From Octopus sinensis (Eukaryota): DNA of 64,000 nucleotides. How positions within the stretch are numbered: position 1 is the first letter of the stretch; each line of letters opens with the position of its first letter. The translations under genes and the position numbers were made by a program. This document shows, piece by piece, positions 1 through 40,304 of this stretch. A model generated the notes under the pieces. It did no database searches, was not told the DNA's origin, and saw only the letters and a list, made by a program, of their open reading frames with translations. The stretch covers positions 66,092,001 through 66,156,000 of the forward strand of contig NC_043000.1 of assembly GCF_006345805.1 (NCBI RefSeq). Reading direction: 5' to 3'.

Positions 1-539
1 ATGGTTTGAATATAAAACGGGTAGAATATTTAGGTTGGATATGGCCTGTTCAAATGCTAAATGGTTAAATACATAAATGACTCAAAAATGAATAATACAC
101 ACCTGAAGGCATTGGAAAAATATTAGTGCTGAAATTGTGCTTATCTTATGTATGTTTGAGCCAATAAGGGAGACCTATGTGGTGACACAACTTGCTAGAA
201 ATAGTAGCTAAATCACACTCTTCTCTGTGTGGTATCTAACCTGCTAGCTATTGCTGTCAAATTTCCCTCAACTCTCTGCTGCCTTATGTATGAACCAACA
301 AGTGAGACCTCTGTGTGGTAGCTATGCATATTAGAAATACCTACCACTTCTCCCTCAGATCATATCATTCACTTCCTTTAAACAATATTAACTGTGTTGT
401 GGATAAACAAAAAACTACATAGAACATTAAAAGGGTAATGGACATGCATAGTACTTCTGTATATCAAGTATCAAGAGTATAGCGTAAGGAGGGGTCTTTT
501 TGGTTTTTTTTTTTTTTAACTGAAGGAGATGACAAAGGA

Positions 540-800
540 CCAAGATAACTAGTGCATTGCTGTAGTCAAGAAGGCCCGTCCACCGCAGCAGGACTGATAC
601 TGGTGCCACATAAAAAGTACCCAGTACACTCTGTGGAGTGATTGGCATTAGGAAGGGCATCAGGCTGTAGAAACCATGCTAGAACAGACCATGGAGTCTA
701 GTACAGCCCCTGGCCCTACCAGCTCTGGTCAAACTATCCAGCCCATGGAAACAGACATTCCAACCATGGAAAACAGACATTAAATGATGATGATGATGTC
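540..800 (+). mobile_element. RTE 3'-UTR-derived repeat with (ATG)n tail
   Basis: ggcattaggaagggcatc...aaatgatgatgatg; same family as the 13722-14100 LINE tail. Confidence 0.8.
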
Positions 801-2710
801 ATATATCCAATAATAGCAAAACTAAAAGCTAGTATTAAAAAGAGGTTCACTCATTAAAATAATAGAATCATTTCAGTTACGATTGTTTTCTTTCTGCTTA
901 TATCTTTTACTTTATAACAACATTCTCTCATTTCTTTTTCAACACATTGTTTTATTGCCCCACTTCTCTTTTGGCCGGCTCTATTCTTTTTCTGCTTAAT
1001 TTCATTTGAATTTCATGGCATTTATTTTTCTAACTTTATCGCTTTTTTTCTTTCTTACAACCCTCACCAATGAAGCTCTTCTGGATTTGTCTTTCAGTTT
1101 TTATCTTAACATTAACATAGTTTTTCTGTCACTTGTATGTTATTATTGAAATACTTTTATTATGATATTGCAATCTTAACGGTAACTTTAAGGCCATTGA
1201 AGTCTTTATGATCCAATCATTTGCAGGGAAATTCTTTTTAAAATACATTACCAGGAAGAAACTAGCAGATTAGAAATTCTCTTATATATGATTAACAATT
1301 ATTGCACTTTCTTACACAAGTCTTTTAAATAATTTACACCATACTTAAATGTCTTTTCCATCTGTAATTTATTGTAACAAGTATTTCTACAAAATGGTAA
1401 CTCTTACCATAGAAATTTTTTTTCCTTTGAGTAATTTATAATCAGTGAAATAATATAGCAGTTAAATAAGGTAGAGACTCATGTATTTCTTTCATATTTA
1501 TATATCCTCTTCATCCTGATTTAACATCCATTTTCTATTCTAGCATGGGTTGGACGGTTTGATAGGAGCTGGTAAGACGAGGGGTCACACCAGCTGTTCT
1601 GCTCTGGCATAATTTCTACAGTTGGATGCCCTTCCTCATGCGAACTACTCCACAGAGTGTACTGGGTATTTTTTATGTGACACTAGTGCTTTTTTACACA
1701 CACACACAATCACTGTTATTGTTGTTTATCTTGTTGTTGCTTTGTTTTATATAACCTGTTTCAAGTCTCAACCAGAAACTCCAAGTAACAGCAGCTTGAA
1801 TGCTTTACTATGGATGTTTTTTTTTATGATTAACAATAATATATTACAGGGGAAAGAGACCAGGTTCTGAGAACTAAGATTCTGTTAAATTTGTAATAGT
1901 TCAAATTTTGATCAGAATTTTAAGAGAATCAGATATTTTCAAGTTGGCAATGTTTTTCTTTGGATTTCGATTTGGACTGTACTCATAAGAACGATTGTTT
2001 GAAGTTATTATACTTTGAGGTTTCCTGGTATTTACCCTTTGTGTTTCAGAGTGTCATTTGGTTTTGTCTCCAAAGTTTCAATGATCACAGGTACAGTTGT
2101 TCTTAGATACCACAGTTTTGAGATCTCTATTTCAAGGTCTTTATATCTACTTCTCAAATGTTTTTACAGAAGTGTTGCTGCCAGCTAAGATTGACTACTA
2201 CTAGCTGGTAGAATTGTCAGTGCACTGGACAAAATGCTTAGTGGAATTTTGTCTGTCTTTATGTTCTGAGTTCAAATTCTGCTCGGGTCAACTTTGCCTT
2301 ACATCCTTTCAGGGTCAATAAAGTACCAGTTGAACATTAGCTTTGATGTAATAAACTGACCCTCTCCCCTGGAATTACTGGCTTTGTGCCAAAATTGGAA
2401 ACCATTATTATTACTATTATTATTATACACTTGAAAAGGAAAGTGAGAGTGGAGAGGGGAGTGCTGCCTCTTAGCAACTTTGTTAAAGGTGGATGAATGT
2501 ATATATATTATATATATTAAATCTCTGAGAGAGATTTATGCAGTAGCAGCACAATAAAGTGATAGTATGTTGTCAACTTAATGTGACAGTCCCATAAAAG
2601 GGGAAAATGCTACTGTTATTTAGCCCTAGGAAACACCGTTTCCTGTTAGACTTGACACATTTCCCGTGTCCTTATGTTTTCAAAGTGGAGTTAAGTATCT
2701 CCACCCAGCA

Positions 2711-2774
2711 AAGCCAGCATTCAGAGACTAGTTTCAGAGTCATTGCTCATCATCAGTCTGGAGTAGCATGGCTT
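2711..2774 (-). ncRNA. Type I hammerhead ribozyme-like motif
   Basis: Minus strand: AAGCCATGCTACTCCAGA-CTGATGA-T-GAG CAATGA CTC-T-GAAA-C TA G-TC-TCTGAATGCTGGCTT. Both core segments are intact, stem I pairs, and there is a GUC site. Confidence 0.6.
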
Positions 2775-3139
2775 GCTAGCTGAATTCTTCTAAGACCCAA
2801 ACACAGAGGGGACATACACAGACATGTCGGAACAAAAAACACATGAAAGGATGAATGTAAAATGAAAATGAGGCAGATATCTCGGCCCTGCTCTGAGATG
2901 AAACCGTGATTTCCTTTTCTTTTTAACCTTACATTTTAAATAATAATTTTCCAGTCCCATTTCAAGGCAAAACCGTGACTTCCCTTTTCGTTGTCACTTT
3001 ACAATTTTAAAGAAAACGTTTTAAACAAATGTTCATTCAATAGTTACACAATTTACTTATTTTTCCTTTTTTTTTTAAAACAAAAAGTTTAACCAAATGT
3101 TTTTCTCAGTCTTTCACAGTCTTTAAAATAAATCACGAC

Positions 3140-3860
3140 TTACCACTTCATCTTCTCCTTTTCGTCCACATAATTCACCACTGAGGCGCGAAGTTCAACA
3201 TCCACCTCTGGCTCCAGTGGATTCACTCTTTCATAATATCTTTCAATTTTGAATTTCTTTTAACTTTGTGGTGTCCTATATTTCAAACCTTACTTTGGTT
3301 TGTGTCTTGCGTGTTTGTGATTTTTGTGTCTGTGTGGTCATTTGACTGTAATTCTGTGTGTCTATGTTTTTAGGTTTCCATAATTCTCAGTTATCTTGTT
3401 TCTGTTTGTCTACACTTTTGTGTGTTTGTGTGTCTGAATGTTTATGTACTTGTAAGTCCTTGCTTTTGATCCTACCGGTGAACCTTCCCCGCCTCTCGTC
3501 ATAGGTTGGATTACCACTTCCATGGCTTTGTACTTCAGTTCCACTATCACTGGTGACTTCCTCCTCTCTCTTTTTCTTGCTTTCACCTCCACAAAATTCC
3601 CATCTTGTTCTGTTATCTGTTTCTACTGTTTCTCCACCATTATATTTTCCTGAATACTCTCCTCTACAATTTCCACTGCTGCTCTAGGGTATTTCTTTCT
3701 CAAGTGCCCTCTTTCACTACATTCATAACTCTTTGGGGTCTCCCCTCCAACATTATTTGTTTCTCTTAAAATTATCCTTTCCAACTCTCCATTTCTAAAC
3801 TTGTTCCTGTTATAACTCTTTAGTGGTTGTCAGTTGTTAAAAACTGACCCAAAGAATTCA
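3140..3860 (-). mobile_element. Decayed gag-like (LINE ORF1-type) coding remnant with eroded zinc knuckle
   Basis: Minus strand 3730-3686 reads S-YE-C-SERG-H-LRKK-Y-P, i.e. CX2CX4HX4C spacing with two Cys codons changed by single substitutions (AGT, TAC). Purine-rich codon-like composition with stops and frameshifts. Confidence 0.5.
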
Positions 3861-3960
3861 AAAGCGCATGCCACTTATTTTCTTAGCCAATCTGAAAATA
3901 ATTAAACCTTTTTCATTTCAATTCTCTGATATATTTTAATCCTAAATGTCATTATTCCAG

Positions 3961-30413
<26,453 letters not shown>

Positions 30414-32952
30414 CTTGCTTCTTCTCTCCACATCTTCACACTATTCACTTTCTTTATGAATATAAACACATGTACATTTTTATAAAGCATATTTTATAAA
30501 ATTGTTTCACACTTTTTCTGCATTCATAGTCTTTATGGTAAATACAGAAGTTTCTCTAATGCTCTACAACTCACCAACTGTAAAGGTTCCTTTTATAATG
30601 CTTTTGATATGTTTTTATATTCAACTTTGATTTTGTAGTAATTTTCTATGACATGGCTGTTGTGTTATGGTCATCATCTGGAATTCTGTAGCAAACAAGC
30701 AACTATAGTAATAAGCAATTAGAATCACTGCTAGACAGTTTTTAACACATGCTGAACTTCATGACATAGAACAAGAGCCACTCATCTTTGAACTTTTTTT
30801 TATAAATTCTAAATTTTATAATTACTTTTAACCCTTTCAATACCAACCCGGCTGAAACCGGCTCTGGCTCTGAGTACAAATGTCTTGTTTCCATAAGTTT
30901 TGAAATAAAATCTTCCACCAAACCTTAGTCACAATTTATGCTCCCAACATTAGCTTAATGATAACTAAGTAATTTTACTAAATTCTTTATCATATTTAAA
31001 GTAATTGAAAGAAACACAGAGCAAACATAACTATGCCAAATCAAGTTAACATTTCGCACAACTTTAATAAAACATGTATTTGAAATTTGCTAATAATATA
31101 ATTTTAAAATGCTTTCTTATGTTGATTAGAAAGTAAAATTAATTTCATTTACATTCACATCTTTTTTTGTTTTTTCTTAAATCATCTCTTCACCTAAGCT
31201 GACTCATACAAAATCACTTCTCTTCAAACTTTGGTATTTACTGATAAATGAGAGCTTGTTACAAGTTTTTACAATCTTCATTATTCATTTTTACTAGTTT
31301 CAATCAATGGGTTGCTGCTGTGTTGAGGTATATTTTCAATGATTTTAGTCAATCATTTCAACTCCAGTGCTTATTTTATTGGTCTGTCATATTGCTAATT
31401 TTTGCTTTTAATTGTATCTTATAATTGAGATGAAGTGTTTATAAATTCTCTATTCAGTTTGTTTTCTAATCAAAGAATTAAAATCTTTTTCCAAGTCTCA
31501 AATAGGATTACTATTTTGATAATTTAATATTATCCATACTTTATATCGAAAAATATAAGGTGATATTAATTATAATGTAATATTGTCCATACTTAATGTA
31601 AATAAAATATTATCTAATGTGTTGGCATATTTTGTTTTTATTTTTAGAATAAAGAACATCCTCATCATTGTAACATTCACTTTTACCATGGATTAAACAA
31701 GATTTAATGACAGTTTTTTTTGTTTTGTTTTCTATGGCAGGATGCTATTCTCATCAATCTTTACTTGTTTCAAGATAAGGTACTTATTCCCTGATCTTTT
31801 GAATAATGAACCTGTCAGTGGCATGCATTAACAATGCCATCATCTATGTATTGGTCAGCCTATTGTACTTTGTAGCAGGAATGAACCTGAAACCACAGGG
31901 TTGTAAAGACTTCTTGACCAAGGTTGTGCTTGTGAAGAGAATAAAAAGCCTTCATTGCATTCTTTATATAAACTGTCTAATAACAGGAAACAACTTATGA
32001 AATTTTGAGCCACATTTCTTCAAATTATACCCTTCCGTCTGAAAAAAAAAGACCAGATAGTCATGGTTGGAATGGTAGTGATCACAGGTCTGCACAATCA
32101 AGGCTAACCTAGGTTAAATAACATCTCTATTTATTCACATATTTAGCAGTATTGTAAATTTTGATAGCTGGTGGCACCTTGGGCAAGTGTCTTCTACAAT
32201 AGTCCTTATTTAGGTGGAGATATGATATAATTGGGAAATTAGGATAATGGAATGGTCAATAATGCCTCGTTCAACCAACGAGTTCTGGATTAGAGATGAT
32301 TTAAAGCTAAACATACTTGTTGAGTACAACACATCACTATGAGTTAGCAATTGAGATAGTATCTACCACAACAAATAAACTCTATAAATAAATAATGGAT
32401 TAAGAATATGAGTTTACATGACAAATGCTTTACAGAATTAAACATTTGAAAATAATCATATGCTTCATGTGCAACTGCATGGTTCCGGGTTCAGTAATTC
32501 TGCATGATACAGTTAGCAAGTGTCTTCTACCATAGTCACAAACTGACCAAAGCCTTGTGAGTAGATTTGGTAGATGGAAACTGAAAGAAGCTATTCATAT
32601 ATGTGTGATAGTTGTAAATGAGTGTCCCCATCATGTGGTGTCCTTCATTTCTAATTTTCAGTGAAAATATGTCTGGTCATGGAGAAATATTACCTTGCTT
32701 GGAAAACAGGTGAGGGTTGATGACAGAAAGCATGTCCTACTGTAGAAAATCTGCCTCAAATACTGTCCAACCTATGCAAACATGGAAATGGCTGTTAAAA
32801 TGATCATGATAGTACTTCAAGCTCAATCAATTTAAGTGTTTGTTTTTTAAAGAACCACTAAAAGTGATCAAATATTGGATTTATTGAACCAGTGATATTG
32901 GCCAGAACTGAAGTTATCTTTTCCAGCATACTGAAAATTTGAAATCATTTAA

Positions 32953-33125
32953 TCCTTTAGCATTTCAACCAGCCAGATGCAACTTCTCACACCTACCCTG
33001 CAATGTCCTAAAAATAAACAATCACATCATGAAAATCTCAAAGCTGCAAGATGATGCATGATTAATTCAAAACAATGTGAATAAATAAATATTACATTTG
33101 ACAAAAATATCAGAATACTAAAGGG
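32953..33125 (+). mobile_element. piggyBac-type MITE (TTAA-flanked, CCCTTTAGCATT ends)
   Basis: TTAA at 32949-32952 and 33126-33129; copies at 1-68, 18010-18225, 33500-33680, 47050-47270, 58655-58870, 59865-60090, 60885-61110. Confidence 0.75.
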
Positions 33126-36100
33126 TTAAAAAGTTAACTGCTGTTAATGCAGAATTGGTTAAACTTATCCAAGGTACTTTACATGCTTTTGTAAAGTATG
33201 ACAAATCCTGCATTCACAATATCCAATTCCTAAGTGTTCCAACTTTCAATAACAGATATAAAATTTTTAAATCCTCTAGTTTTAGCTAATATCTCTGGCT
33301 CAGTTATACCAACATATAGTAACTTCTTGTGCTCTATTAAAAGTATTAACAAGTAAAATTGACTTTATGGCTATATTACCGATATTAACATCTTTAACTT
33401 CTTTTTTGGCTATACATATCTGCTCCCTTCACAGCTTTGTCTACTCTCTAAACCACAACTTAAACTTTTAGGATTCAGATTCTTCTGTCATATCTAATAC
33501 TTATTTATTCATTGTTTTGAATTAATCATGCATTATCTCATAGCTTCAAGATTTTAACTTTGTGATTGTTTATGCTTTAGACTGACATTGTAAGGTAGGT
33601 GTGAGAAGTTGGATCTGGCTGGTTTGAACATAAAACAGGCTGGATATGACCAGTTTAAACACTAAAGGGTTAGATTGGCTGACAAGACATTAGTTTGACA
33701 AAATGTCTAGCAATATTTCATTACAGCTTTTTGCCTTTTGAATTCAAAATTTCACTAAGATCAACTTTACCTTTCATCACCATTGTCTTACCCTTTACAT
33801 TTCCATGCTTGCATGGATCAGACAAAGGATATTGAGATGTTTTCTCTGTTGCTAACCCTCAACTGTTTCCAAGAAATGTAATATTTCCTCCTGGCTGGAT
33901 GTATTTCCTTCACTATTCTTACAGAGAACTGGAAATGAATGACACTTGTACAACTGTAATATTCATTTACAACTATCACATGATTGTCAAGATAAGCAAA
34001 TGCTCACACACACACATACACATCTTCATAATGTCACCGGTTAAATTAGAAAATCCATTTTTTATATAATACTTTGAATTCACTTGTCAAGTGTATAACT
34101 ATTATATACTTACAAGCTTCTTTTAATTTGTCTACCAAATTCACTTACAAGACTTTGACTGACCTGGACCTACAGTAGAAGGTATTTACCACCAAGTGCC
34201 AAGCAAGTACACTTATATGACAGTGACAAACCATTTATAACTATCATGCAATGTCAAAACAAGGGCATGCATGTGTGTGTAGATATATATATATAGACAG
34301 AGACAGACAGACACATGGACGTCTTTCAGTTCCTGTCTACTAAATCACAAGGTTTTGATTGGCCCAGGCCATAGCAAAAGCCACTTCTTAACTACACAGC
34401 CATACCTGTGCATCAATAAGATAGTAGTCAAATACTAGGGTCAATTTATTTCATTCCCCACCTCCCAAATTTCTGTCCTTGGACCTATACAAGAAAGTTA
34501 TTGTCTTATTGAGACCAATGACAATCCTGTCCTAGAAAGGAGACAATATCCTGTCAATATAACCGAGGCCAACTCATGATTAACCAAGACATGACTCAAT
34601 GATTATAATCAAACATTGTTAGCAAATAAAACAATTTATGGCCAGTCGTATTTCAAATATTTTATTTAAAGTATAGAAAGTAAGACCCAGACTATTTGCT
34701 TTGTCAGTGATTTTGTAACTAAACACCAGGTTAGAAATTGACATACATGAAAATAGAGCACGAGATTCAAATTGTATAAAGAATTTCCTAATTTCAGATA
34801 AAATTCCTTTGGAGAATTTAAGGGAAGTTTAGATTTATGTACACTAATAAGCCCCATATATGCAGTTTGTAATAATTTCCTTCATGACATATCAATAAAA
34901 ATTCACTTTTTTTTTTTAATTCAAAACCTTTAACTGAATTCGTTGGGTTTTATTATAAGATTTAAAAATAAATATTTTAAATAACAAGCTTTTTTTATAT
35001 TTATTTATTTAGGAAATCTAGAATGGTTTCATTACATAAAAACATATATGAATCTAATGCTGGGGTTCTTCCCACACCCCAGTGCTAAATGAAAATATGA
35101 TTAATTGTAAATATGGTAGATAAATTTTTAGTGACAGGTTAAATTTCTTTTTCTTCTGCATCTCAATTCTTCAAATGCCTCAAATAATTTTGGAATACTC
35201 TTTCAATAATCTTCATAATGTCACCGGTTAAATTAGAAAATCCATTTTTTACATAATAATACTTTGAATTCACCTGTCAAGTGTATAACTATTATATTTT
35301 TATGATTTGAAAGTTTAACTATGATAAATTAAAGCTATTTGATTTCAGAATATTTAATAAAATATTAGATATTTTGAATAGAAAATTTTGAAATGAGAGG
35401 ATGGCTGCAGTGAACCACATGCTTGAAGGCATATAACTAAATACCAATGACTGAGAATATATTGGAATAATACTATTGACAAAGCAAATAAGCTGGAACA
35501 TCTAGAGAGAGAGAGACCAAGTCAACAAATTACATGAAATACAATTTGCAATGAATATATCAAATACTGGTTACTCTTTTTTTTTTCTTTTTCAATAGTT
35601 TGATTCTGAGTCCATCCAGTCTTTAATCTAAAATTTTCTTGAAAAAAAAAAAAAAACTATAAAAATTTTAAAAAACAAAAACACGATACTGGTCATCATC
35701 ACTTTTAACATCCATGTTTCCATGCTGGTGTTTTCAGATAAAGATTATCTCTAAAAATAACATGATTTGATTTTATTATAACAACTTTTTTTTTCTTTTC
35801 ATTCAGTACATTAGTTAAGTTCTAAAGTATAATTTTATCACAGAATGTCATAATGGAATGATCATATAGATTTAATGTAAGAAGTGGAAATAAACATGCA
35901 CACTGACAACAAACCAACTAATTCAATTTCTGATATTTACAAATCTGTTCTCAAAAATATGAACAGGAAGCACAAGTATTGGAATAATAATTTCTCATAG
36001 AAAATTGAGTTGAAAAAAAGGTATAAGCAAATTCCACAGAAGAGTCATGAGGGCTATTTAAAACACACTTTATATTTAATTTTCAGGTATTAGAGTATAC

Positions 36101-38825
36101 AATAGCATCAATATTTTTGTCGTATATCTCCGACCTAGTCCCTTAATTTCACTGCAGTAAAATATTGGCATGTGTGTTTTCAAATGGTTACCCTTACTCT
36201 TCTGATTTATTTCAGTTTCAACACACCATTTCAGGTGAGGCGTTTGCCAAAGCTTTTTTTTAAAAAAAGTTAAATAAAATTGAACATTTAAAAAAAAAAA
36301 CTGATAAGACTTTATACTTGATTTAGCATAGAATTAACTGACCATCAGAAAATAATGAGTGAATTATATTTCTGTCCAGGTTACCATTGCTTTCCAACAG
36401 CTATAAAACCTGATTATTTTTCAATAACATAATTTTGTTAACCTCACAAGAAAAACTATTTGGTTGTAGAAAGCTAGTTAGTTAGAGTTAAACATTAATT
36501 GATTAGAATAGAAAGCCACTGATCACATTAACAAAAAATTAGCAGGCTGGTACATGATTTATTAAGTTATAAAAATATTGAAACTGAAGAGACTCAAAAT
36601 ATTCCGCATTATAAAAGGCAAGAAACAGTTTTCAATGACTGTTTTAATAGATAAGATATTACAGAGTAGAACTGGATTGATGTAAGTTTTCTAACTGACT
36701 AGGAATCATTTCATTTCCTTGTAAGATAGGTATGATCATCCCAGTCATCTTCCTTATAAACATAAGTCTCTGTACCAATGTACAACAAATAAATTATTAG
36801 TCTAGGTAGCTCCTAGAATGTTATTTATCTGAGTTATTTATTCAGCAATCGTTGATTGGAGTAAAATGTCTGCTTGTAAATAGTAACAAGTTTGTATTGT
36901 AACACTGAGCTCCTGCCTCATGATTTAGTGAATTAACCAGTAAGCCAATGAGAGAGCCTCTAGATGGTCACTACAAATGGGCTAGAAATAGCCAGCAAAT
37001 CTCCTAACCACATTCTGTTATCTAAAAGGACACAGTGTATATTATGCGTATGGAGTACAATATTTCTAGGGGAAAAAGATGGGATTGGCATACCCTTAAT
37101 TGAGGCCATCTTTGCTGTCTTCTTTAGTTCCAAGTGGTGTTTTCCTACTGTGCTAAAATCAAATCCCATAAAAATAGACTAATATGACAGTAAACAAAAA
37201 GTATTTAAAACCATTACTAGCAGGTATGGCTGTGTGGTAAGAAACTTGGTTCCAGGTTCAGTCCCACTGTGTGGCACCTTGGGCAAGTGTCTTCTACTAT
37301 AGCTTCAGGCTGACCAAAGTCTTGTGAGTAGATTTGGTAGATGAAAACTGAAAGATGCCCATCATATATATATATGTATTTATGTGTGTGTGTGTGTGTA
37401 TCTTTGTACCCCACCACCATTGCTTGACAACTGATGTTGGTGTGTTTATGTCCTCATAACTTAATGGTTCAACAAAAGAAACTGAGAATAAGTACTAGGC
37501 TTACAAAAAATAGGTCCTAGGGTTGATTTCTTTGACTAAAACCCCTTAAGGTGGTACTTCAGCATGGTCACAGTCAAATGACTGAAACATGTAGAATAAT
37601 AAAAGAATATACACAAAACTTCCTTTTAAATTTAAATCTATACTAATATACTGATCTATAATAGCTAAACTAAAATAGTTTAATGGTGTTTAAGGTTGTC
37701 AAGAAGCCTGTTGAAAAAGAAACAATGTCACTCATAGTTTATAATAGTCATCATGCTGCAAACATAGAAAAAATGGTTTAACTGTATTTAACAGGTGTGA
37801 AATTTGAGGCATCAGAAGTATTACAAGGACAGACAGAAGATTGTATGAAGAGGTAAAAATGTACAGCATACCAAGAAGGAACTGGAATGAAGAAGCTAAA
37901 GATTGGTGAATAGAGGTGGGGAGGTTTAACCCTCTTGATGCCAACCCACCTGAAACAGCCCTTACTTTTATGATATAAATGTCATGCTTTAAAATATCTT
38001 AGCTAAAACCTTCCATCAAAAGTCAATGTTAATTTGTTTGAAACACCAGCTTAATAATGACAAAATTTATTTTACTAAATTTTCCATTATTATCAAAATT
38101 AACTGAAACAACAGCAGTGAATTTGAACAGAAATATAGTTAAGAAATAGTTTGCAAATTAAATGGACAGCTTTCTTTCTCGGTTATATGTTTGGTTTCCA
38201 AACACACATTAAAAAAATCTTTTAAATAAAAGAACAGGCCAAAGGTACTTCCAATCAAAGTAGGAAGATCTCTAAGTTATGTTTGTTGCATTACTATTTA
38301 AATATAATAGTTCTAAATCCAACAAGAGTAACTCCCACTATTATGATAATTACAGATTTAAAAGTAATTTTGAATCCATGGAAAAATATCATTAAGCCTG
38401 CTATTAGGTTTTTTTTTTTTTAAATCAGAGTAAAGTGTAGCATCTATGACCCATTAGCATTTTTTCTGGGCTTCCAAGAATGGTAAAGAAGAAGTCATTC
38501 TGAAACTAGAGACATAACCCAAATGCTTGTGGCAGAGATCTCCATCAAAGTCATCCAAGGACCAAATGATAATGTTAACCCAAGCAATCTGATTAAGTTT
38601 ACCATCTAAGAATTCAGACCTGGAGTAAATGCCACAAGGAATCTTGTTCAACACTGGACTGGGACAGAACAGGGTGACCATAACAAGGTTTGAACTCAGA
38701 GAACAAACAGCTGAAACAAATGCCACAAGGTATTTTATTCTGCGTGCTAATGACTGTCTAAGTCTCCATCAATTTTTGCACAAATATATACATGTATATG
38801 TGCAAGCATGTATGTATGTATGTAT

Positions 38826-39000
38826 GGCTGGACATGATTGGTGAAGATCTCCAGAGGCTTGACATCATTTTGGAGGATGTAGAGGGATTGGCACAGGACT
38901 GCCAGCAATGGAAAGCACTGGTGAACCTGGTCCACTCTATACATGACGATGACTCTGGGTAGGACCACTAGCCTGGGATGATCCCAGCCCCATCAAGTAA
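38826..39000 (+). mobile_element. LINE ORF2 C-terminal remnant (RTE-like)
   Basis: WLDMIGEDLQRL...LAQDCQQWKALVN pattern. Confidence 0.6.
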
Positions 39001-39052
39001 GAGCATGAAGCAAGCAAGCATGTACGTGTGTGTGTGTGTGTGTATCAATATA

Positions 39053-40304
39053 TCAGGTCGTTAAGATTGAAATGTCTGATTTTCGTATGCACCAAGTTTG
39101 ACAGTCATTAACTCTAATGTTTTATCCTGACATTTCTTTATTTTACAACATTGAAGGGTTACATCATCATCGTTTAATGTCCGTTCTCCATGCTAGCATG
39201 GGTTAGACGGTTCGACCGGGGATCTGGGAAGCCAGAAGGCTGCACCAGGCTCATCATTTGAAATGCAATTCATGGTGTCTGATTATTTTGAGAGTCTTCT
39301 TCTATAAATCAATTTCTGTGAACCCATGGATAGATTAAAAATTCATGTTGTTTATGAATATGAGTTCCATTGTGGAACTCATCAATGAGGTGTTTGGTGA
39401 AGATGTGGCAAATGAGTGCACTGTATGTCGATGATTTGAGAAGTTCCAGTCTGGTGACTTTACTCTTGAAAATCAGCCCCATGGTAGACCTGAAACTATA
39501 GTGGAAGAGGATACATCTCAAACACATGAGTTAGCAGCAAGGTTTGATGCTTTAATTCCAACTGTATTGGACCATCTGAAACAAATCAGCAAGGTAAAGA
39601 AGCTGGTACCACATGAACTGAACAAGCATCAAATGACATATCATCTTGAAACTTGCTGTTCTTTGCTGTCACAGCATAAAAGCAAACCACTTTTGCATTG
39701 TATTGTTACATGTGATGAAAAATGGATTCTTTTCAACAATAGCAAGATGGTTGGATAGAAAATGTCAAAACACTATCCAAAAAAGAACATTCACCAAAAA
39801 AAGCTAATGGTGTCAGTTTGGTGTCATCCCCTACAACTTTATGAGACCTGGTAAGTCAATTACAGTGGATGTATACATCAACCTTTTGGATGAAATGATA
39901 AGTGAACTTGCAATTAAACAACCGAGATCGGTCAATAGAGACAGTCCAATTCTCTTGCAAGACAATGCTTGACCACATGTTGCACAAAGAACGCTATTCA
40001 AGTTACAGCAACTGAACTTGGAAGTAGTTTGTCATCCACCATATTCACCAGACTTTGCACCAACTGACTATCACATTTTCCAGGCATTAGACAACTTTTT
40101 ACAAGGTAAAATGTCAAATCGGAAGAAGATGCAAAAACAGCATTTCGTGATTTTATCACGTAAGTATAAATAAGCTACCAATAAAACGGCAAAATTATGT
40201 TGATAATTTAGGTGCATACTTTGATTAACTGCATTGCTCTTTGTTGAGATAAAGAAAAATTAACTTTCAGTTCAAAATTGGAGATTTCATTCTTAATGAC
40301 CTGA
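39053..40304 (+). mobile_element. Decayed mariner (D34D) transposon with both TIRs
   Basis: TA|TCAGGTCGTTAAGATTGAAATGTCTGATTTT vs AAAATTGGAGATTTCATTCTTAATGACCTGA|TA. Motifs LVPHEL, IVTCDEKWI, QDNA*PH...YSPDFAPTDY with 34 residues between the last two catalytic Asp. Stops and frameshifts present. Confidence 0.93.

Noticed and set aside
3121-3260. Minus-strand perfect donor (AAGTG|GTAAGT) after a 38-codon open frame, suggesting a divergent gene
   Set aside because: It coincides with TGG TAA at the end of the decayed gag-like frame, and no downstream minus-strand exons were found in 1-3100.
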